From Lytechinus pictus (taxonomy: Eukaryota), in assembly GCF_037042905.1 (NCBI RefSeq), contig NC_087251.1, forward strand, positions 38,130,001 to 38,194,000: a stretch of DNA of 64,000 bases, in the 5' to 3' direction. The notes below the pieces were generated by a model, which ran no database searches, was not told where the DNA came from, and saw only the letters and a list, made by a program, of their open reading frames with translations. Every line of letters starts with the position of its first letter. The stretch's first letter is position 1. Position numbers and translations under genes: made by a program. Shown here piece after piece: positions 55,703 to 64,000 of this stretch.

Positions 55703-58700
55703 CTGGTGATCTGATGGCCTGATCTATTAATGTACCCCTGTGAATATATGTCAGGCACAGAGGCAGATAGAAACTAATCTGATTGGAATTGCAATATGGT
55801 AATTCTAATAACACTGAAAGGGTAACATAAGATGCACCATCGATCACACACACTGCAAGTAACAGTCTTTGAGCGGAGGTACCACACGGGACTCCACTGC
55901 TAGTTGGCCAAAATAGGTGAGAAGAGGGGCCTTTTATATCATAAAGGGGCTCATTATTGTTGCCAAAAAAAAATAGACAACCTTTTAAAATGAAAGTGAA
56001 ACATTTGTGAACCCCACTGACAACATCGCAAGCAGAATTTGCTTCACAAATTTATCATGAAGGCATGTATTTTAATTAATTGATTTGTGACATCATATGC
56101 GAGCAGCTTTCCTACATGTACACGTCGTATGGTAAAATATCAATACAATGAGATTTTCTCCGAAAATTCAAAATGGTTTTTATTATACCTTCAGTATATT
56201 TCAATCATAAAAATAATTTCACTCCTGCTCCTATAAAGAAAAAAGAAAAGTCATAACAAACCATAAAAAATTGAAATTTATGCATTTCATATTTCAAAAC
56301 ATTCATGGATGGGGAACCTACTTGTAATGAGGTCACAAACCAAAAACTTAAAATTCTAATAACTTTTTGAATCTTAGATGGATTTTCCTCAAACCTTCAC
56401 CAAATTTTTTTATTATTTTTCTGATATTTTTACAATAAACTTTTTGTCAGGATGAACTTCCGCCTTTAAAATGTTACATTTCTAGCCATCAGTACACCTG
56501 AACTTTGTAGAAAGGTTTCTGTGTCACTTGGTTTTGTTAATTTCCTTCCTGTGTCCATGTGTAATGTTTTCAAAAATAGATAAAACACTGCTGTTATTCT
56601 TCTCAATCAAATCAACTCAGGTTTATGGTATACAGCATGTAGGAAAAACATGAGGGAAACTGGCAGTTTCATCCCCATGATAGTCCAAATGGCCCCCAAA
56701 ATTCAAAAAATGAAATGCTTTGGGGCAACCAAGCCCCAGGACTTGCCACAAACAAATATGGCAGAATAATGAGATTACAGCATGTACATGTAATTGCTCA
56801 CTGCGCAAAAAGTAGCCCTTGAAATGAAAAAAGACCCCAAAATTTAGCAATCACTCCAATGTACCTTAAGAAAAAAAGGCTCTAAAATATAGAAAATATT
56901 TTCTACCATCACATCATGTAGTTTCTATGAAATCTGTGAAGTCTTCCTTGCATCGCCTACTTTCTTATGAAAAAAAAAGAATTTCAAATATGATACCGTT
57001 TCTCCTTGAAAATAAAATTCATTCTTGCCCATATTTTACAGTACTGGTATAAAGATGTCTGAATGTTGACATTGCATGTCACAAGAGTGTACACATCTTT
57101 TTTCCATTTACATGGACTTTGAACAGTAACAATATGGATGATCCAATGAGATATGTAAACATTGCTGTACATGTACAAATATTTTGCTACATGTACATTT
57201 ATGTAACTTAAAACAATCCTAATTCTTAAACATGAGAATTTACAGTATGTATGTGTATTACATCGGTAAAAAAAATATAGGCCTGTAGACTTGGAATCTA
57301 ACACTGATCATTGTTCTACTGCATCACTTCCTGTACATGTATTACTGAATGCTTTGAGCCTAACTTACAGAACTTACATGCAAAAAAATGAATAGCAATA
57401 TCATGGGCTTTACATGTACATGCCTATCAAGATTTAGAAATGAATGTGCTGTATATGAAAGGGTACATGCTGCTTGGGATCTGAACTAGACTACATGGCT
57501 CATCTACAGTTTGTATGTTAAACTTTTATGTAAACGCCTGGCTATAAGACTGGAACATATGAAAGGAAAGTAAACTGCTCGTATTTTAAACATTATTATA
57601 TAGTACTTCATAGGCACATTTGGTGAGTCACTGGCAACTGTTATAAGCTACCAAAATCCTTGCATCTGATTGGCTCAGAGCAAATAAGTTGGTAAAAATC
57701 ACTGACAATATGCCTCATGAAACGAGATATGTAAGCTCTGGAAGCTCTAGACCTATGTACAGCAACTGCACTGCCATAGCATCAACAGCTATGTACAATG
57801 TATGATATCTTGAAGTCTGAACAAAAAGTCTAGTTCACAGTACCCAGACAACACACCAGCCAGACAACCAGTAGTTCAGATGCGTTCTTTGTCTATGACT
57901 CATATATGCTATATATTAATTGCTAATTTGCTATGATGTAGACCTGCATATATTACATGTACATTCATACATACATGTACCTAGCAATATAAAACTGTAT
58001 ATTTATAATGTGATGCAAGGATATGAAACTCAAAAATATTTTTTGAGAAGGTTTGTGAAATTGGCTTAGGGAGCAACAGCTACATTTTCATCCAAACATC
58101 ATGTATATAATTAGGCCTAAACCAAAAAATTCCATAAGTGAATGAGATTCCCATAATAATCATTCCTTATAATCCAATCTTCCTCTGAAACTCTTCCAAC
58201 TTTCTTTCAACATTTTATTTTCTCAATAATCTTTTAGAATACAAATATCCATACTTTCACAATACTTCTGTACATGTTACTATTTGAAAGTTAAGAAGAA
58301 AATGAATCAAACGGTCAATTGCTTCAAAAGGTCTACTGCACATGTACACTTGTCATATTAATATAAATCAATTAGAAATTGTCTTCACACGGCAGACATT
58401 AAATGACATTTCCAGTTTGGATTCAGCTGTTGCAGCCTCCTTCTATTAGCCTTGATGGTCTTGATGCGAGATAAAAAATACATCTTGCATCTTGTTTGTC
58501 TGTCTAGATGGAAGGCATTAAATAGTTCTACTGCATCTGTTGTCTGTATACATGTATGTAAGATGTCTACCATAAGTGCTTCGTTTTAGTTCACTCAAAG
58601 TTTTGCACGAAATCCTTTCCCACAATATCTGTGTTTTGAAAACTTGATTCCAAAGCATTGCATACGTACATGTATCTTCTTGTGGTTTTTTTTAATGGAA

Positions 58701-59299
58701 TGTCACTATCCATGTAACCATCTGACAAGGCATTCAGATCATAAAGGCTACATTCCGTGTCACACAGAGTGACTGGGAGGAGACTAACCATGCGTGGATA
58801 GATATTCAGAGAAGCATGCTAAGGTATCACAGGCCTAATTCATTTCCCATAGACTCGTGTGTTAAAGTGGCACTTAAAAAAAATTCATAAAAAATTAGGA
58901 AATTCCAGGGTTGAATGTTTACTACCAGTGGACAGGATATATGTCTGAGATTCCATATCTGACCAGAAAAGGGTACCTCGACCGGCTCATTTTAAAAATA
59001 AATTGGCATTTATGAAGACTACACCTGACAGGATCAAATTCATCACTTGAGAGAGTAAAATGGACCTAATTCTTCCGCCAGTAAAAAAATAGTTCCAAAG
59101 TAGTGATATATCTTTCCAATTTGGAAAAAGGAAGTTCAGTAGGTACCCTCCCTAGAATCAGTGTTAGATTGTCAATCATATTCATTCATTTTTGTCAATC
59201 AGCAATATCAAATTTCAAAATTGAGCAATGGGTTGGCTCGAATGAATATCTTTGGCCTGCCAGTTGTAGTTAGGCCCGTGTTAGTTTGCTTAAAGCCTA

Positions 59300-59584
59300 T
59301 AATAATAATAGGCATTTATATAGTGCCATCTATCTAGAAAAATTCTTGTCCGAGGCGCATTGTTTATTTTTATTATTATTACCCCGGCTTTAGCTCGAGC
59401 TGCCTTTCGGCGCTCAGTGCATTCAAGGAATTAATCCTGCCAGGTACCCATTCACCTCACATGGGTTAAGAGCAGCACAATGTAGATAAATTTCTTGCCG
59501 AAGGAAATTACGCCATGGCTGGGATTCAAACCTACAACCCTGTTTCAAAGTCAGAAGACTAATCCACTGGGCCACAACGCTCCA
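59300..59584 (-). mobile_element. Near full-length tRNA-derived SINE
   Basis: Reverse complement shows a head tggagcgttgtggcccagtgg...ggtttgaatccc, a gggtacc core and a (tat)n tail. Confidence 0.85.
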
Positions 59585-59655
59585 CAAGCCTATCCCAACC
59601 CTTCACTAAACTTTACAGAGAAAAGCTTTCTGTATGCAGGCTACAGTCCCTGCCA

Positions 59656-60330
59656 ATGGCTTGTGTACAGAAGGTATCAGCACATTTAGTTGCACGAGTC
59701 TTGTGTGAAGACAAACGTGTTGGTAACATTGTCAAGTGGGTCTGTGCCAGCAGACTATCTGAATCTGAATGCAGCCTTTTGGATTTTGAGGACAACCCTG
59801 CAAGATGTATAACACAGTGGGGTGACTGTGGTCACAGTGTTACCAAAGTGGGTTCAGTGTGTTCACACAGTGGAATATGTGAAGAAATGATTCACAATGT
59901 TCAAATGTTCAAATCAACAGTGTGAAGATGATTTCACAGCAGGCAAATAATTTTTTTTCTTTCTTTTCCGGGGCTACTTTTCACAACTGATTGCCTATTA
60001 AATCTGCAAAACATTGGATAAGCTTTAACATTACAGTGAAATGGAGAATTTGAGAGGCTTTCTTTTAATTTTCTGGGGCTCTTTTGATCATTTCCCTGTG
60101 TAATTTTTCCTGGTTTCAGTGTTCCAGAATGTGATAAACCATGGGACAATGTAGTCTTTCATTCGATTCCGGCAGGGAATTTACTGGAATACATGTAGAC
60201 CCTATTTGCACTGTTTCAAGCAACCAGAATGTTGTGAGGATATGCATGCCGAGTGGCTCTTCGAAATTGGGCAGCAACAACATGTGAACATGAGTCTGAA
60301 TCAGCTCTTCGCTAAAGGCTCCTTCGCTAT
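59656..60330 (+). pseudogene. Decayed SRCR-like then CUB-like fragments
   Basis: ARVLC...SESECSLLD...QWGDCGHSVTKVGSVCS (SRCR C-terminal pattern); after a tttcag acceptor near 60119 comes EWLFEIGQQQHVNMSLNQLF (CUB-like), with a stop and frame breaks. Confidence 0.42.
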
Positions 60331-60767
60331 AAACAAACACATCAAGTTTGGGCTGCTTATTCTATATCTAAGTGATCGGCTAATCCACGGATCCTACTTA
60401 ACACCCCATAGACATGGACTTCGATCTTAAAACCACTTTCAAATATCACCTTTGGGCCTCAATAATACATTTGTAATTGAATGCCATAAAACTGAAAATA
60501 ATACCAACTTTTGCTTTGACATGCAGCGGCACTCAATTCAAACTTAATATGACAGATATGTGCTGTGTCTGTCTAAATCATTATTGATTTCCTATATTGG
60601 CAAATGTGACCATAGATGCATGAAATCACTTTGATTAAAGATTTCATCTGTTTAACATTGCTCACTGTCATCACAGTTTTTAAAGTAAAGATCTGTGGTA
60701 GTATTACAACAACAAAAAACAAGGAAGTACATGTACATACACACTATGCAAGTGAACTGTAAACATA

Positions 60768-61208
60768 GGCCCGAATTCACAAAGGTGGTTTTGAAAACCC
60801 ACGGTTGAATCCATGGTTTATGCAGATTTCCTGTATAAATTACGCTTAATTTAGCGCGTATCAGGCTAAAGGTATCAGGTATAAAAAATTCCAATATTGA
60901 TGCGCGCTTTTGTCACATTTCGCCAAATTGACGCCTGTTACCATGGTTAGATACGCTATTTTAATCATGAGTCTACTGTTTGAAGAGTGGACTCATGAAT
61001 AAAAACAATGGACTCATAAATAAAATAGCGTGGATAACCACGGCAACAGGCGTCATTTGGCGCACTGTGACAAAAGCGCGCATCATCATTGGACATCTTT
61101 TATACACGCGCCCAATACGCGCTAAATTAAGCGTAATTTATACAGGAAATCTGCATAAACCATGGACTCAACCGTGGGTTTTCAAAACCACCCTTGTGAA
61201 TTCGGGCC
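60768..61208. mobile_element. Fold-back MITE (whole element is one long palindrome)
   Basis: ata TSD; the outer about 93 bp of the arms differ at 2 positions; pairing continues to the centre at about 60985. Confidence 0.92.
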
Positions 61209-61228
61209 ATATAGGTTTGTACATGGAT

Positions 61229-62306
61229 TAGTGCTGTTGTCGATAGGCCTCATATCGACATTGATGTCGACATACGAAGGATTTTCAATGTTTCCGACAT
61301 GTCGACATGCACGCACCCACATCTACATGTAAACATAAAATAAAAAGGGGTATAACCTAAAGTCACGAGTGTAAAGCTTAGCTGAAAAGTTAGAAGCATT
61401 TATCCACAGTAATTGGCGCGATTAAAAGGTTTATTCAGCATAGCAGCGCATTAAATGAAAAAAGAATACCTGCAAGCTTCGCGGCAGCAGAAATACGTCA
61501 GTGCGGGGCCGGCCTGCCCGATCGAACCGCCCTCGATACCAACGATCGCTCTAGATCTATATCTAGCGCTATAGCGAGCGTAGCGTAGTAGCATTCCTGT
61601 ACCCATCCACGGAAATATGTACCCATCGCTATTCACCGTGCTTGATAATACGTTGCTCCTCGAATGCATTACTTTTCACATAAACGTGAGCAGCAGCGAA
61701 CATGTGTTTTTGTCAAAGTTGTGACCTCCGCAATTGAGCGCTTACTTCATATCACGAAGTCACACAAAACTTCCCTTCCTTCGTTCGGAGATCGTTGCAC
61801 GGATCGCCGCGGAAGTGATACTGAAATTATCGGTCGATTTTCATTATTTTTTATTGTCAATTTGAGGAGCTTGCGTTTGCAGCACATGTGTACCAGCTTA
61901 TAATACGCAATGATCACTGTTGTAATTGGTGATTCTCAAATTGGCTCCGAGTGTTATTGTGCAATGCTTTCGAGACCGGATCGTGGTACAAAAACTTGAT
62001 TCCCCAGAAAAAAATGTGGATTAATCGGTGATTTTGGAAGTGAATTCACTCTAGCTTAGTGAAAATGTTTCCCGAACTGAGCCTGTATTATATGTAGATC
62101 TAGATCTAGTGTGGGGATATCACTCGTGTCAAGGTAAATACATTTGATTGAGAGTGTTATGTTCCACGATCGAATGATTTTTTTTATGTTAGGGAGCCTA
62201 GGCTAAATTACAGTCCCTTTTTCATGTCGACATCGACATTGTCGATGTCGGGATTAATTTTTAAGCGACATGTCGACATGGATTTTTGTTTCCGACAACA
62301 GCACTA
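61229..62306. mobile_element. Young hAT-type non-autonomous element
   Basis: Perfect 8-bp TSD acatggat; TIR tagtgctgttgtcg / cgacaacagcacta; subterminal tgtcgaca repeats; CpG-rich. Confidence 0.93.
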
Positions 62307-62849
62307 ACATGGATCAATGTGGAATAACTTGTACACAGAATACAATACATTTCAATGAGGCAAAACATGATGAAAACACTGACTGGCATCTCACTTTATA
62401 ATAAAAACCAAAAAGGTAATAAATCTGGTACATGTATTATAAATGTAATGTTTCTGTTTCTTTCGCTTGATTTTCCCCTTCTTTATTTATTTTTATTTTT
62501 CAATTCATTATAAAAGGGACTGATATACGTTGGATCAATTATTTTTCTGAGATGTTCTTCCAATGACTTTGTACATGGATATTACAAATGAAACCCAACA
62601 TGCAATCATAAAAGAATGATGCAGAAAGAAACAGGTCAGTGCATTATCTATTCTCTTTCTCTTTCCTCCTACAAGCCTGGTTTCCCGCCTTCTGAAGAGT
62701 CGGCTGGCTTTTTCTTCCTCCTTCGTAAATATCTGTCTTCTGCATTTATACTTAGGTATCATCATGCAACAACTCTGCAGTGACTCCACAGCAACTACAG
62801 TATATTTACTTGAAAGTTTGTCTGAATCTGAATTTCAATTTAACCAGGG

Positions 62850-62945
62850 ATCTTGTGAGATTTTAAAGGTGCTACAAGAAGAAATATTACTGATATCTTG
62901 TGGAACTTTATTCCATAGGAATGACCAAGTATATTGAAATGATCG
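62850..62945 (-). mobile_element. Small LINE (CR1/L2 group) ORF2 C-terminal remnant
   Basis: RSFQYTWSFLWNKVPQDISNISSCSTFK resembles the conserved LINE ORF2 end. Confidence 0.55.
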
Positions 62946-63238
62946 ACCCCCCCCCCCCCCCATTATGAGATTGTGGTATTGCGAGTCACTCTCAACTAGA
63001 ACCCATTTAGCTCTTTCTCTCATTCTCTCTATCACAATTTAATATGAACTATGACCTCAGGGCAGTCTGTTTATTGCTAACTGTATTCCTCGTCTCCAAC
63101 AAAGAAAAGGTTTAACAAACCATCCCTTCATTAATGTCCCTTAGGGTACCATATCACTGGAGAATTTGCAATGGGAGACCCAAGTCCAACAAACGCAATT
63201 TATATACTGGTGCACATAACCCTGCGTTCAGATCAATA

Positions 63239-63637
63239 GGGCCGTCTGCACCAGCCCGAGTTTTCAAATTAGCACGCTATTTCTGATCCAGCAAATTATC
63301 CCGATCTGAACAATCTTAAGATTATTTATAATGGAGACGCAATTATCGTGCTAGTTTGCTGGATTAAACTCGAGATTGCGATCCCAAGTCAACATGGGAT
63401 TATTTGCAAAATAGCGTGCTATTTTACAAATTATCCCGCTAATTCACAGGTGCAGACGCACTCGGGATTATTTATTCACGGCGTCAGACCATAATGCATC
63501 GATGCCTCGCTCGAGCAGGAATCGTTCTTCTTGCGATGGTGGGGAAAGGGTTTCTTGAATCTCAAGATTAATCGCAAAGAGGGCCGATCGGGCTAAAATC
63601 TCGAGATTGAGCAAACTCGGGATGGTGAAGCACCACC
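63239..63637 (+). mobile_element. MITE family A, copy 2
   Basis: Colinear with 6852-7250, roughly 90% identical by eye. Confidence 0.9.
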
Positions 63638-64000
63638 TAATGTGTGAGGGGGAAGGGGACCGTCTTTCCAAGGGAGTGTTTCATGAAGAGTTTTGTCAAT
63701 GATTTTCGAAGACAGATGATAGAGGCAACTAAAAATCCTTGCATCTGATTGGCTCAGAGCAAATTTGTTAGTGACAATCACTAACATGATTATTTATGTA
63801 ACACTCTCCTGATCTTAGAGAGATGGGAATTGTGATCAAAGGGTGTTTGGCAGCACTGACTCTTACCTGTGGTTCTGAATCTTGCCTTGCAATCAGAGGG
63901 TTGTGGGTTTGGTAACACGGCATTTGCTCCTGCGACTTCTGGTCCGGGCTTAATTTCGTATAAGATGTAGGGTTGGGTTGCAATTGGGTTTAATGTTAGG

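Noticed and set aside
62535-62789. Minus-strand ORF containing RLVGG (SRCR or protease start-like)
   Set aside because: It is a five-residue match with no following domain residues, and it is on the opposite strand to the other fragments.
54124-64000. Upstream kinase exons (glycine loop, VAIK, MEYCGGGS)
   Set aside because: I could not find them. The candidate donor at about 63866 (cag|gtaaga) does not give kinase sequence, so these exons presumably lie beyond the window.

Overview
AT-rich animal genomic DNA. The repeat content and exon style suggest an invertebrate deuterostome, probably a sea urchin (inference). The whole window lies inside one minus-strand gene, a GCK-I family STE20 kinase (MAP4K3/MAP4K5/happyhour-type). 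I traced 14 GT-AG exons by hand (54123 down to 6; 1362 nt) that join into one open frame. They run from just upstream of HRDIK through DFG/APE, the proline-rich linker and the start of the CNH domain; both ends of the gene lie outside the window. The introns are packed with non-autonomous DNA transposons (Harbinger-, Kolobok-, hAT-, P- and Helentron-like), tRNA-derived SINEs and LINE 3' fragments, and there is one assembly gap. The most interesting signals are (i) scattered, decayed SRCR/CUB/LDLa-like fragments all on the + strand, suggesting a fossil nested antisense gene; (ii) pervasive TA->TA-NNNN-TA palindromic expansions that look like stacked transposon excision footprints; (iii) two adjacent P-like elements, each with its own 7-bp TSD; (iv) a duplicated in-frame micro-exon; and (v) a SINE and an L2-like LINE with a shared 3' tail. 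There is no prokaryotic-type system (CRISPR, operon). All family assignments are by eye, without database searches.
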